A stretch of 64,000 nt of DNA from Promethearchaeota archaeon (GCA_048939995.1 JBHLOY010000002.1:96001-160000), one strand, 5' to 3'; positions 1 to 9,966 are shown, numbered from the stretch's first letter. Notes: generated from the sequence alone by a model not told the origin. Made by a program: numbers and translations.

Positions 1-35
1 GAAATTCCAGTATTATGTATTAAAAGTTAAGCTTA

Positions 36-1016
36 TTGATTAAAATGGAAATTCAATATCCTAAAATGATCCTTTATGGGTCGATAAGAGCTATTTTTTA
101 TATGATAATACCTCTTATCTCAATTTTTATCCTTTCAGTTCTCGAAATTGTAACATTTAGTAATAATTTTATAATTTCTCTTCTGGTTATTGGATGTATT
201 GGAGTATTTTTAACCATACTGAAACATATATACCCAAAACAAACAGTAGCTAATCGATTAATTGCTTTTGCAGTTAAAATTTATCAAGGAATTTACTTAT
301 TTTACGTTTTTGGTGGCTTTAATCCGGGTGTAAAGCTAGGCACTTACTATATAAGTACAACTCAAGTACAAGTCCTTTTAGGTCTTCAATTTATCGCTTG
401 GTTACTTCTTGGAATCGCAGGAATAACTGCGATTCAAAATTTAATTGAAGCCATTGAACTTCAAAAGGAAAAGAACTATCTTCTTAGAGGTAAAAAACAA
501 ATCAAATTGAGTAAATTTTTCAAAACCTTAGGTTTAATATTAAATTTAGCAATGGGAGGGTATGTTTTGAGTATAGTAATAAGCGGACTTAATTTAAAAG
601 TAGATTTAAAAAAAAGTTATGCAATTAACTGGAATACTGGTACAATTCCTGATCCCAGTGATGATAGGATAAATATAACTATGTACTTTGATGTTTTTAA
701 TATGGGAATATATTCTATAAAAGAGATATATTTAGATGCTGATATTTATACAGTGGTTTCTTTTAATTTTGTTACCCTTCCTGAAGATACTAAGATTGGT
801 GAGATAAATAATGTATATTTTAGTGAATTTAAAGCTCTATTTATCACAAGAAATCAAACTGTTCTTATTGAAATTAATCCTTTATATGCTCCAGGATTGG
901 CAATTACAGATGCCATTTTAGAATTTAGAATTTCATTTATGAGTATCTATGCTGGTATTTCCATTGAGTTGAATACTTCAATAACTGTACTTTGGAGTAA
1001 ATTATTTACCCCTTAA
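36..1016 (+). CDS. Hypothetical membrane protein (N-terminal TM helices, C-terminal beta-rich, possibly LEA2-like domain)
   Basis: 326-aa ORF with about 5 hydrophobic segments followed by a beta-rich region (ITMYFDVFNMGIYSIKEIYLDADI). Confidence 0.6.
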   Translation: MIKMEIQYPKMILYGSIRAIFYMIIPLISIFILSVLEIVTFSNNFIISLLVIGCIGVFLTILKHIYPKQTVANRLIAFAVKIYQGIYLFYVFGGFNPGVKLGTYYISTTQVQVLLGLQFIAWLLLGIAGITAIQNLIEAIELQKEKNYLLRGKKQIKLSKFFKTLGLILNLAMGGYVLSIVISGLNLKVDLKKSYAINWNTGTIPDPSDDRINITMYFDVFNMGIYSIKEIYLDADIYTVVSFNFVTLPEDTKIGEINNVYFSEFKALFITRNQTVLIEINPLYAPGLAITDAILEFRISFMSIYAGISIELNTSITVLWSKLFTP

Positions 1017-1103
1017 ATTTACAAATTTATTTTCTTAACATTTTATCTTAATTAATAGTTTATAGACAATTTCTTTAAATTGAATATGAAAAAAATATTA
1101 ACT

Positions 1104-1616
1104 ATGACAGAAGAGGAACCGCCACGACCTAAGGGATTACCAGTTGGTATGAAGGCTCCCAAATTTGACACAGTCGACATTTATGGGAATGAGATTAGTT
1201 TAGCAACTCTACTTGATAACTATGATGGCATTATAATTGACTTTTTTCGGGGGAACTGGTGAAATCACTGTAAAAAACACCTTAGACTATTAACAGAAAA
1301 GAGTTCTGAATTTAAGAAGAGAAATATTAAACTGCTTTCAATTGCGAGTGATAGTATGCGTTTATTACAAAAGTTTAGAGAAGAGAACAACTTTAATGTG
1401 GATATTATCTCCGATAGAGGGGCTAAAATCGCTAAAGATTATGATGTTTATTGGTTTGCACCTGGAGGAGGTGGAAAAATCAACGTTAAACAAGCAGTTC
1501 CCAGTAAATTTCTCATAAATAAAAATGGAATAATAATTTGGAAATATATTGGAAAAGATAAGACTGATAGACCCTCAATAGAATTAATGACAAAAATAAT
1601 TGATGAAAAAATTTAG
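1104..1616 (+). CDS. Peroxiredoxin-like (AhpC/TSA, BCP-like) selenoprotein; Sec encoded by TGA at 1260-1262 (UxxC)
   Basis: ORFs 1080-1262 and 1356-1616 share a frame and are separated only by TGA. Readthrough gives FFRGNW-U-NHC-KKHLRLLTEKSSEF, with U at the peroxidatic Cys position. ATG 1104 is the likely start. Confidence 0.9.
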
Positions 1617-1628
1617 AATCCTATAAGA

Positions 1629-1663
1629 ATGATTCATTCATAGAAAAATGAGATGAGTGATGA
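1629..1663 (+). ncRNA. Candidate eukaryote-like SECIS element in the 3' UTR
   Basis: ATGA(1629-32)-TTCATTCAT-loop AGAAAA-ATGAGATGAG-TGA. This gives a ~9-bp stem with one bulge, an A-rich apical loop and a UGA/GA core, 12 nt after the selenoprotein stop. Confidence 0.65.
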
Positions 1664-1700
1664 CAGCCCTGCAAAGGTTTTAGGTATTTGTTTCTTTTTT

Positions 1701-2522
1701 TTAATAATTATAAAAGCCCTTCCCTGTTTTACGTCCTAATAAACCATTATCTACCATTTCTTTAAGTTTTTGAGGAGGTTTATCATTTAAATCTCCACTT
1801 TCTGCATAGTAAGACATTTCTACGTCATAAGTTACATCAAGACCAACATTATCCATTATTTCAAATGGTCCAATTCCCATTTTGGTAAAGATTTTCCATG
1901 CTTTGTCGATGGTCTCAACATCAGCAACTCCTTCAGCCCACATTTTTAAACATTCTTTCCTTGCGGCTCTCCACATTCTATTGAATACAAAACCAAAACT
2001 CTCTTTTTTTAATATTATGGGAGAAATTTCCAAGCTTTCAACCCACTGAATACCCTTCTTGAAAGTGATATCTGAAGTTTTTGTCCCTCTCATAATATCC
2101 GCCATTGGAAGAGCTTTTAAATTATAAAAATGAATATTTAAGACCTTATCTTTTCTCTTTACTACTCCTTCTATTCTTGATACAGGAAGAGACGAACTAT
2201 TAGTTGCGATAATAGCATGTGGTGGAGCAAATCGATCTATTTGGGAAAAAATTTCTTTTTTTAGCTCTAATTTTTCTGGAACTGCCTCAATAATCAAGTC
2301 AGCATCTTTTACGGCGGCAGCAAGAGAGTCATGAAGTGTGACTTCTCCTGGAATTCCTTTCATTTTTTTCTTCCGATTCATTCTCCTTACAAAAGATTTT
2401 AAAAACTCGAGTAATTTGTCATGAACTCGCACAGTATATCCATTTATGGTTGCTCTTTCAATAATTTGTTGACCCATGGTTCCACCACCAATTACAGCTA
2501 TTATCATATTTTTTAAGGTCAT
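1701..2522 (-). CDS. 3-hydroxyacyl-CoA dehydrogenase family protein
   Basis: GGGTMG Rossmann motif, IIEAVPEKLELK, ATNSSSL, GPFEIMDNVGLD, GRKTGKGFY. Confidence 0.9.
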   Translation of the reverse strand: MTLKNMIIAVIGGGTMGQQIIERATINGYTVRVHDKLLEFLKSFVRRMNRKKKMKGIPGEVTLHDSLAAAVKDADLIIEAVPEKLELKKEIFSQIDRFAPPHAIIATNSSSLPVSRIEGVVKRKDKVLNIHFYNLKALPMADIMRGTKTSDITFKKGIQWVESLEISPIILKKESFGFVFNRMWRAARKECLKMWAEGVADVETIDKAWKIFTKMGIGPFEIMDNVGLDVTYDVEMSYYAESGDLNDKPPQKLKEMVDNGLLGRKTGKGFYNY

Positions 2523-2680
2523 TGTAACACCTATTTTACTATTATTTAAAGATAAAATAAGATTTGTATTAAATCTGTATAATCTATATTGAGTTGAAAA
2601 AACTTATATATACATCTTTAGAAAAAGTACTATACATTAGAATTTATTAGGATTATCTTATATTCAAGTGTTAAATATAA

Positions 2681-3031
2681 ATGTCAGATAAGGAACATGC
2701 GTGGAATGAGGATCCCAATTTAGAATTTCTTTATCTCGGGGCAAACTCAAAAGGAATGAGAGGATATCATGCTCCAATTATAAATCCTAAAATTATACTT
2801 TTTTTCCAAAAAATGTTGCACGAAATTTCAAATAGTAAATTCCAATAGTATAGAGTTAATTCTTTCATAAAAAAGATTAACAGCAGAGCTTTAAAGGGCG
2901 GTTGTACAGCCGGAATTGATGCAAATCTTGAGGAAAATTTAAAAACTTATTATAAAATTCGGGGATGGGATTGGAATACAGGTTGGCCCACCCAAGAAAA
3001 GTTAAAGGAACTAAATATTGAAATAAAGTAA
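2681..3031 (+). pseudogene. Remnant of an aldehyde:ferredoxin oxidoreductase gene (C-terminal fragment)
   Basis: The frame from ATG 2681 has one TAG (2846-48), then reads ...LKTYYKIRGWDWNTGWPTQEKLKELNI*, the typical AOR C-terminus. Compare YKERGWNENGCPTVKKVRELGI in the intact AOR at 56941-59121. Confidence 0.65.
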
Positions 3032-3033
3032 AA

Positions 3034-4137
3034 TTACTCCACTTTTTTGATTATTTCTTCTTTATATCCAGTAATCACCTTTGAAAAACCCCGAAGTATT
3101 TCATCCACCTCATTTTTTCCAGTATCTACTCTTAGAGATTCTAATTTCTTGATTTTTTCTTTTGTCGAAATAATAATAATATTTTCTTTTCCAATTTTCT
3201 TTATGACTTGAGGAGTAAATTGCTTATTTCCTCTTCCAAAAATAAAGCCTTGTCCTCCAATGGGCGTTATAATAATCTTTACTTTTTCATATTTTCCCAA
3301 AAGTCTTAGAATAGCCTTCTCATTTAAATCAAATTTGATTATCTCTCTGTTATATAATCCATCGACCCCTAGAAGGGTTTTCTTTAATTTTAATTTATCT
3401 GTAACAGCTTTTATAGTAGTTCCGGGACCTAATAAGTATAATGTGTCACTTTTTATTTTCTCAATCACTTCTAAAGCAATTTCATCTTTATTCTGCTCTA
3501 TTGAGCCACTTGTAATAGAACTATCTTTACTTAATTGGACTAAATTATGCTTTATAGGAACTTTTAGAAATCCAAAGAGATTTGATTCTAATCTTCCCTG
3601 AAGGTAAGATTCCTCATTTATATCTAATATTTCTCTCTCTTCAGTTTCTATTTCTCCTGCTAAAAATCCTTCCAATAATTCAGCAGCAGCTCTTGGATTT
3701 ATTGTAAATACAGAACTAAACATTTTAACTCCTGAGGGAATCGCAATTATAGGGATTTTCATATCTATTGCATCAAAGATGTCTTTTGCAGTACCATCTC
3801 CGCCACAAAATATCAATATTAAAATATTTTTGCTTAACATAGATTTTGCTATTCGAATTGTATCTTCTGCTGTAGTTTCAATTCCAATTTCCCCAATTAC
3901 TTCAAATCGATAATTATAATTTTTAATATACTTTTCTCCCATTTTACCAGGAGCGACTAAAAAAAATAAATTTTCTCTATATTTTAAATTTCTAAAGAAC
4001 TCAACCATTCTGGAAGGAGCAATGGGAACAGCACCCAATTTTAAAGCTAATTTATAATTTTCTTTATCAGTTTTTTTTAAACCTACGCTACCTCCCATAC
4101 CAGCGATAGGATTAACAATTAATCCTACTTTCTTCAT
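3034..4137 (-). CDS. ATP-NAD/AcoX kinase family protein
   Basis: GLIVNPIAGMGG, FCGGDGTA, SGVKMFS, GQGFIFGRGN motifs. Confidence 0.85.
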   Translation of the reverse strand: MKKVGLIVNPIAGMGGSVGLKKTDKENYKLALKLGAVPIAPSRMVEFFRNLKYRENLFFLVAPGKMGEKYIKNYNYRFEVIGEIGIETTAEDTIRIAKSMLSKNILILIFCGGDGTAKDIFDAIDMKIPIIAIPSGVKMFSSVFTINPRAAAELLEGFLAGEIETEEREILDINEESYLQGRLESNLFGFLKVPIKHNLVQLSKDSSITSGSIEQNKDEIALEVIEKIKSDTLYLLGPGTTIKAVTDKLKLKKTLLGVDGLYNREIIKFDLNEKAILRLLGKYEKVKIIITPIGGQGFIFGRGNKQFTPQVIKKIGKENIIIISTKEKIKKLESLRVDTGKNEVDEILRGFSKVITGYKEEIIKKVE

Positions 4138-4315
4138 AATTAATTAAATATTTAAAAAAATCGGTATTTATGTCTAATTATTATTTTAACGCCTAAAAAA
4201 AAATTTTGGAATTCTTTCTGAGAATTTCTATATGCACACATCCCTTGTAAAAAAAGTATATAAACGGAAAAAAGATAGTAATACAATAATCAAATTAGAT
4301 AAATAATTATAAAAA

Positions 4316-4786
4316 ATGACAGAAAATTTAGAATTTAATTTGGGAAATTTAAAGATAGATCAATTAAGTTTTGTTTATAAAGACATTAAAGAACAAGCTA
4401 AAATTATGGAAGAGATTTACCGAATTCCTAAATTTGCACAAATGGAAAACATAACTCACCAAAACGCAACCTTCCGAGGTAAGGAAGTAACCATCACAAC
4501 AGATTATGCATTTAGTCGTTTAATTAATGTACAAATTGAATTACAGCAATGGAAAAGCGGTGAATGTCTTTTTAAAGAATTCATAGATCAAGGTAAAGAA
4601 GGATTGCATAGCATAGGAATCTATGTTGACGATCTAGATGCCTATATAAATGAATTTAAGAAGATAGGTATAAATATCATTCAAACAGGCCAAGTAGGTA
4701 AACAAAAATTTGCTTATTTAGACACCGAAAAAACTTTCGGTTTTTTATTAGAGATATCCATGACTGTAAAGCGTCGAAAAAAATAA
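4316..4786 (+). CDS. VOC/glyoxalase (methylmalonyl-CoA epimerase-like) protein
   Basis: IDQLSFVYKD, QIEL, EGLHSIGIYVDD, FAYLDTEK...LEI pattern. Confidence 0.8.
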   Translation: MTENLEFNLGNLKIDQLSFVYKDIKEQAKIMEEIYRIPKFAQMENITHQNATFRGKEVTITTDYAFSRLINVQIELQQWKSGECLFKEFIDQGKEGLHSIGIYVDDLDAYINEFKKIGINIIQTGQVGKQKFAYLDTEKTFGFLLEISMTVKRRKK

Positions 4787-4789
4787 AGT

Positions 4790-5653
4790 TTAAATTTTTC
4801 TTCCTGTTTTTCTTCTTGCTCTTTTATAAAGACGATCTAGTACTCCTCGAGAGTCATCAGGATTCGCTCTCATAGTTTTAAGTTGAATATCAGCTTCTCC
4901 TGGTAAAATCTCGAAGCGTTCTTCTAGAACATTTTTAATAAAAGTATCAGCTACCTCTTCTGCTTTCATAATTGTACCACTTTGTGAAATAATTGTACAC
5001 TCTAGTGGTTTAAGCTTATTTTCTTCTGCAAATCCTGGAGTATCAGTATCAGGTGGGAAAAGGACTGAAACTTTAATATTGTAAGGTAACAACTCATGTC
5101 GTAAAATCTCTGCTAAACCAAAAATGGCGTATTTAGTTGGAACATAGGTAGCATAACCCATAATTGCCATAAATCCTAAAACTGAAGACGTAAACGTTAT
5201 GTACCCATTTTTTGATTCCATAAAGTATGGTAAAAGAATGAGAGTGGGTATAAGCTGTGCATAATAATTTCCATCCATATTTCTTTTAAAATCCTCCAAG
5301 GTTAATTTTTCAAGATAATCTAAATGAGCAAAACCCACAAAATTAAATAAATAATCTGGTACTTGATGTTGGTCAATTAGTTCAGTTATAAGTGGCTTTA
5401 ATTTATCCCTGTCTGTAGTATCACAAGAGATTATCTCAACAAATTGTAAATCATCCGATTTTAGCTTATTACATTCATCTTGCGTTTCTTTTAATATATC
5501 CAACCCTCTTGCAATCAGACAAACACTTCCTCCTAATTTGATAAATAACTTAGCAGTTGCTTTCCCTATTCCTTTTGAACCGCCAGGAATTACAGCAAAC
5601 TTTCCTTTAAATGGTTGTTGATTTATTAATTCTTCTACTGTCATTTCAATCAT
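4790..5653 (-). CDS. SDR oxidoreductase, 3-ketodihydrosphingosine reductase (KDSR/Tsc10)-like
   Basis: GGSKGIG, YxxxK (YVPTK) and the KDSR-type segment PPDTDTPGFAEENKLKPLE. Confidence 0.75.
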   Translation of the reverse strand: MIEMTVEELINQQPFKGKFAVIPGGSKGIGKATAKLFIKLGGSVCLIARGLDILKETQDECNKLKSDDLQFVEIISCDTTDRDKLKPLITELIDQHQVPDYLFNFVGFAHLDYLEKLTLEDFKRNMDGNYYAQLIPTLILLPYFMESKNGYITFTSSVLGFMAIMGYATYVPTKYAIFGLAEILRHELLPYNIKVSVLFPPDTDTPGFAEENKLKPLECTIISQSGTIMKAEEVADTFIKNVLEERFEILPGEADIQLKTMRANPDDSRGVLDRLYKRARRKTGRKI

Positions 5654-5670
5654 CTTTAATCATTTTTTAT

Positions 5671-6483
5671 TTAAATTTCTGATTTCAAATAATAAGCTGG
5701 AACACCAACTTCTATTATACCGCCATCAATTGGAAAATTATGTCCTGTTATAAAGTCTGATAAAGGAGAGGCGAGGAAAATCATAACATTCACAACATCT
5801 TGAATTGTTCCCATTCGATTTAATGGAGTTTTAACATGACCGTCATCCATTATCACTTTCATTGCGTCTTCTCTATTATCATATATTCCAGTCACGTGAT
5901 AGCCTGGAGAGATGGAATTTACAGTAATCTTAGGAGCCAGACTCTGAGCTAACATTTGAACCATAGCAATAATTCCAACCTTTGTTATGCTATAAACAGG
6001 GGTCTTATTATCAACTTTCATTCCTGCAATTGATGCTGTGTGAATTACCTTTCCAATAAATGGTTTAAATGTCTGTTTTTTCATCCTTTTGCATACAAAT
6101 TTCGAGACCAACCATTGTCCTTTAAGATTTACTTCTAAAAGTCTATCCCAGTCTTTTTCTTTAGTTCTTAATAAATCTAGTCCATAAGGATATCCAACAC
6201 CTGCATTATTGAATAATATATAGACATTATCTAACTCCTGAAAAGCTTGTTTTGCCATAGCTTCTACTTGATCAGATTTTGAAACATCGCATATTATTGG
6301 TATAACTTTTTGTTTTGTTTTTTGTTCTAGGTCATTTGCTGTTTCTTCTAAAAGTTCTTTATTAATATCTACTAAAACAATGTTTGCTCCTCTTTCAGCA
6401 AAAGCATATGCAACACCCTTTCCAAATCCAGAAGCACCGCCTGTAATTAACGCTCCTTTTCCTTCTAAAAATTTACCTTCCAT
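5671..6483 (-). CDS. Classical SDR (FabG-like) oxidoreductase
   Basis: TGGASGFG, NNAG, YSITK, ITGHNFPIDGG. Confidence 0.9.
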   Translation of the reverse strand: MEGKFLEGKGALITGGASGFGKGVAYAFAERGANIVLVDINKELLEETANDLEQKTKQKVIPIICDVSKSDQVEAMAKQAFQELDNVYILFNNAGVGYPYGLDLLRTKEKDWDRLLEVNLKGQWLVSKFVCKRMKKQTFKPFIGKVIHTASIAGMKVDNKTPVYSITKVGIIAMVQMLAQSLAPKITVNSISPGYHVTGIYDNREDAMKVIMDDGHVKTPLNRMGTIQDVVNVMIFLASPLSDFITGHNFPIDGGIIEVGVPAYYLKSEI

Positions 6484-6688
6484 AGTTTATCAAATCTATT
6501 TGAATTCTTTGTTAAATTTATGTTTTTTAGTTTTACAATTGATATTATATTCAAATTATATAATAGCTTTAAACTTAATCAACGGATTTCTCTAATATAT
6601 AGAAATAATTAATATTTTGAATAAAACCAAAAATTTAATTATTTAGCTCTTTTTAAAATTTAATATAGAAACGGCATGTGATTCAAAA

Positions 6689-8269
6689 ATGGTTGATAAA
6701 ATCATTCCTTTTTTAATAAATGTTGGTGAAGTTCTTCCAGCTCGAAGTAAAGCTACATTGTTAGATGAAATGGCAATGGCTTTAATTGAATGTATTAATC
6801 TATATGGGAAAGTACTCAAAAGATTAGGAAAAATTAACAAGATATCCATGTGTTTTTGGCCAGTACGTTTAATTCCATTAAATGAAACGAGAGCCTGTGT
6901 ATGTAGTTATTTATTAAATAAACAGGAAAAATTAATTGTTGGAAAATTTTCCCAAATGCCACCACCTCCGGGAAACATAATAAAGGGGGCAGATCCAGAA
7001 ACCTTCTTGAATGCCCTACAATCATATAATAGTAGTTATTTAAAAAAAAGTAAATATTTTAAGAGGGGTACAGTAATTCAAGAAGCACTGTTTAACGCTA
7101 GTGAGGTTGAGTACTTCAAGAATTTTTTCCTAAACCAATATGGAGTTGGAGCTTTCGGAGAACCTTATTTCACATTAGAAGGTGGTCCTATTCCTAAAAG
7201 TATCAATCAAGCGAAAATTATTCCCGAGATTCTTGAATATGTCTCCCAAAAAGACATTAGAATTCTTGATGATTTTGGTACTGAAATTACTAAATTATGT
7301 GATGTTTGGATTCAACGAGGAGCTCAAGAAGCTGATAAAATAAGGGGGAAAAAGATTGATACAAGTGAAGAGGAAAAACAATTAGCTATATTAAACAAAG
7401 AGCTAGAAGCTGAGAAAGCTCGAAAGATAGAAACCTCTCCAGAAGAATTAGTAAAATCAGGAAAATACAAAATAAATGATAAATCTAGTGACTTCTATAA
7501 TAATAATAACGCAATTAAAAATAGTATTGATCGTCTTAGAAATGCAATAAATAAAAATGACCTCTTTGAAGTAGAAGAATCTGTAAAAGATTTAGAGATT
7601 AAATATCAGGATTTAGGTAACTCAATAAATAGATATAATACCGAACTCGCTCAATTAAGAAAAAATATCCAGAGAGAAATAGCTGATTTAGAAAAAACAA
7701 AACAGCAGAAGATAAAAGAATTAGAAAAGAAAATATCAGAAGTAAAAAGTAAAATTGATTCAAAACATAGTGAATTAAGCAGTGATTTGACTAGCGCTGA
7801 AGATATTATAGCGAAAATTAAGGTAGAAAAACAATCTTGTTTAGATAATATCGAAACTGTAAAAGATAACGAAATGACAGGAGTTCAAGATTTCTTTAGA
7901 ACCTATACAATAGAAATTAAAACTCAAAACGTGGTTGTTGGGGTTCCAATGTTTATTTTTTATTTCATTGATCCTAATACTAGGCGAACTACTGAAAGAG
8001 CCCCAATATTTCCAATCCTCATTGAGAAAGGTAAGATGCAAAGAACAAAAGCTACAGATGCTTTTAGAAATAAATTAAGAGATTTAATGAATAAAGATAA
8101 CGCAATGGTAAATCTTGTAGAAAAAGGTGGTGAGAGTGGTAATCTTATGGATATTAAAAATCTTGACACTCAACTAGAAGATGCGATTAATGATTTGAGG
8201 ATACGAAAGATCCTTGGTAAAAAGGAAGCAGAAAAAGCAAAAGAGATTATTAATAATCTTGTATGGTAA
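6689..8269 (+). CDS. Hypothetical protein with a long central coiled coil
   Basis: 526 aa; E/K-rich heptads at about aa 200-400, flanked by globular segments (CFWPVRL; VGVPMFIFYF). Confidence 0.7.
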   Translation: MVDKIIPFLINVGEVLPARSKATLLDEMAMALIECINLYGKVLKRLGKINKISMCFWPVRLIPLNETRACVCSYLLNKQEKLIVGKFSQMPPPPGNIIKGADPETFLNALQSYNSSYLKKSKYFKRGTVIQEALFNASEVEYFKNFFLNQYGVGAFGEPYFTLEGGPIPKSINQAKIIPEILEYVSQKDIRILDDFGTEITKLCDVWIQRGAQEADKIRGKKIDTSEEEKQLAILNKELEAEKARKIETSPEELVKSGKYKINDKSSDFYNNNNAIKNSIDRLRNAINKNDLFEVEESVKDLEIKYQDLGNSINRYNTELAQLRKNIQREIADLEKTKQQKIKELEKKISEVKSKIDSKHSELSSDLTSAEDIIAKIKVEKQSCLDNIETVKDNEMTGVQDFFRTYTIEIKTQNVVVGVPMFIFYFIDPNTRRTTERAPIFPILIEKGKMQRTKATDAFRNKLRDLMNKDNAMVNLVEKGGESGNLMDIKNLDTQLEDAINDLRIRKILGKKEAEKAKEIINNLVW

Positions 8270-8307
8270 TTCATTTTTCAAACTCTCAAATTTTTTTCAA
8301 GAAAAGT

Positions 8308-8508
8308 CTATTCACCTATGTATTCCATAGTCGTATCACAACATATAGGTATAGCCTGATAACCACATCCCTCTGTATTGCAACAACATAATAAATATCC
8401 TTCTTTTACAATCATTGATTTGTCACAACACTTAGGAACTTCCTGTTCTCTTCCACAAATCTTACAAATTAGTCTTGGTATGTCTATATCACCTAATTTT
8501 TTACTCAT
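8308..8508 (-). CDS. Small Cys-rich metal-binding protein (two desulforedoxin-like modules)
   Basis: 10 Cys in 66 aa: CKICG..PKCCDKSM and CCC....CG..PICCDTTM. Confidence 0.7.
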   Translation of the reverse strand: MSKKLGDIDIPRLICKICGREQEVPKCCDKSMIVKEGYLLCCCNTEGCGYQAIPICCDTTMEYIGE

Positions 8509-8715
8509 AAAATAATAAAAAAAGAGCCTAATAATATGCTTCTGTTATCCAATATAAATTGTGATTTGCAACTCCCTTATGAATAAAAAATGAAAAAGCC
8601 CAAAATTTTATGAGATATTAGATTTATCAAAAATTTAAGAAAAAATTCATTTAAAACATTTCAATTATTATAAATTATATTTAGATGATTTAATAGAGAA
8701 AATTGGAGAAAATTC

Positions 8716-9966
8716 ATGGTTAATAAATTAACATTAAATAGAACTTTTCAGTTATATGAGGAAGCATTGAAATTAATCCCTGGAGCCATCTTAGGCATTC
8801 GTAGACCTTATAATTTTGTTGTAGGAGAATATCCGATATTCTTTGACACTGCCAAGGGAGGAAATGTGATTGATGTAGATGGAAATTCTTATATTGACAT
8901 GCTTTGCGCTTATGGACCTATTATAATAGGCCATCAGGAAAAAGAAATAGATGACGCGGTAATTCAACAGATAAAAGACAAAGGTTTTTGCATGTCCCTA
9001 ACTCAACCAATACAAAATCAATTAGCTAAGAAATTGAAAAATCTCATACCCTGTTGTGAAAAAATGGTATTTACAAAAATGGGCTCTGATGCTACAACAG
9101 CAGCGATTAGAGTGGCACGTGCCTATACTAAACGTACAATAATATTACATTGTGGTTATCATGGATGGCATGACTGGTCATGTGAAGTACATGGGGTTGC
9201 CGCAGGTATTCCTGAAAAACTCTATGAAGATATTCATGAATTTGAATTCAATAATCTTGCTCAACTGGAAAAATTGTTTAAAATGTATAAGAATCAGGTT
9301 GCAGGAGTCATTCTTACCCCTATAAATACACCGGGAGGAAGAGAGGTTGAAATGCCCATAAAAGGATTCTTAGAAGCAATCAGAGAATTAACTGCTGAAA
9401 ATGGAGCGCTTTTAATTTATGACGAGATAAGAACAGGTTTTAGGGTAGATATGGGTGGCGCACAGAAAATGTTCGAGGTAATACCTGATCTAGCTGCTTT
9501 TGGAAAGGCAATGGGAAATGGATACCCTATTAGCACACTTGTAGGTAAGGAAGAATTTATGGATGTACTTGTTGAAAAGGTTTTTTTAAGCTCAACCTTT
9601 TTTCCAAATAGTCTTTCTCAGATTGCCTCGCTTAAAACTATAGAAATTTTGCAACGTGAAAACGTTTTAAAGGATATAAGTGAAAAGGGTAAATATTTTG
9701 CAAAGAGGATAAAGGAAAGTATTGAAAGATACAATATTCCTTGCAACTTTACAGGAGAACCATGGATGCCATATATTACATTCACGCCTGATCCTAAATT
9801 TCTATATCGAAAATTAAGAGAAGAGTTTTATAGACAACTTATTAGACGAAAAGTTTTCTTACAACCTTTTCACCATGGTTATATTTGCTATCGTCATTCA
9901 TATGAGGATTTAGATTTTGCTGCAGACATGATCTCAGAATCAATGGCAGAATTAAAGAAAATGTAG
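8716..9966 (+). CDS. kat: Class III PLP aminotransferase, probable 3-aminobutyryl-CoA aminotransferase
   Basis: HemL-like fold (DEIRTGFR, FGKAMGNG, CGYHGWHDW) with GIRRPYNFVVGEYPIF; lies next to kce/kdd/kam genes and no kal is seen in the window. Confidence 0.7.
   Translation: MVNKLTLNRTFQLYEEALKLIPGAILGIRRPYNFVVGEYPIFFDTAKGGNVIDVDGNSYIDMLCAYGPIIIGHQEKEIDDAVIQQIKDKGFCMSLTQPIQNQLAKKLKNLIPCCEKMVFTKMGSDATTAAIRVARAYTKRTIILHCGYHGWHDWSCEVHGVAAGIPEKLYEDIHEFEFNNLAQLEKLFKMYKNQVAGVILTPINTPGGREVEMPIKGFLEAIRELTAENGALLIYDEIRTGFRVDMGGAQKMFEVIPDLAAFGKAMGNGYPISTLVGKEEFMDVLVEKVFLSSTFFPNSLSQIASLKTIEILQRENVLKDISEKGKYFAKRIKESIERYNIPCNFTGEPWMPYITFTPDPKFLYRKLREEFYRQLIRRKVFLQPFHHGYICYRHSYEDLDFAADMISESMAELKKM

Noticed and set aside
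1080-1616. Two separate genes, or a nonsense pseudogene
   Set aside because: Same frame, TGA at the catalytic Cys position and a downstream SECIS-like hairpin favour one selenoprotein.
2846-2848. Pyrrolysine readthrough of the in-frame TAG
   Set aside because: The product would be only about 116 aa of a >600-aa enzyme, and no pyl genes are seen.
8716-9966. hemL (glutamate-1-semialdehyde aminomutase)
   Set aside because: No tetrapyrrole genes nearby; the lysine-fermentation context and motifs fit Kat better.
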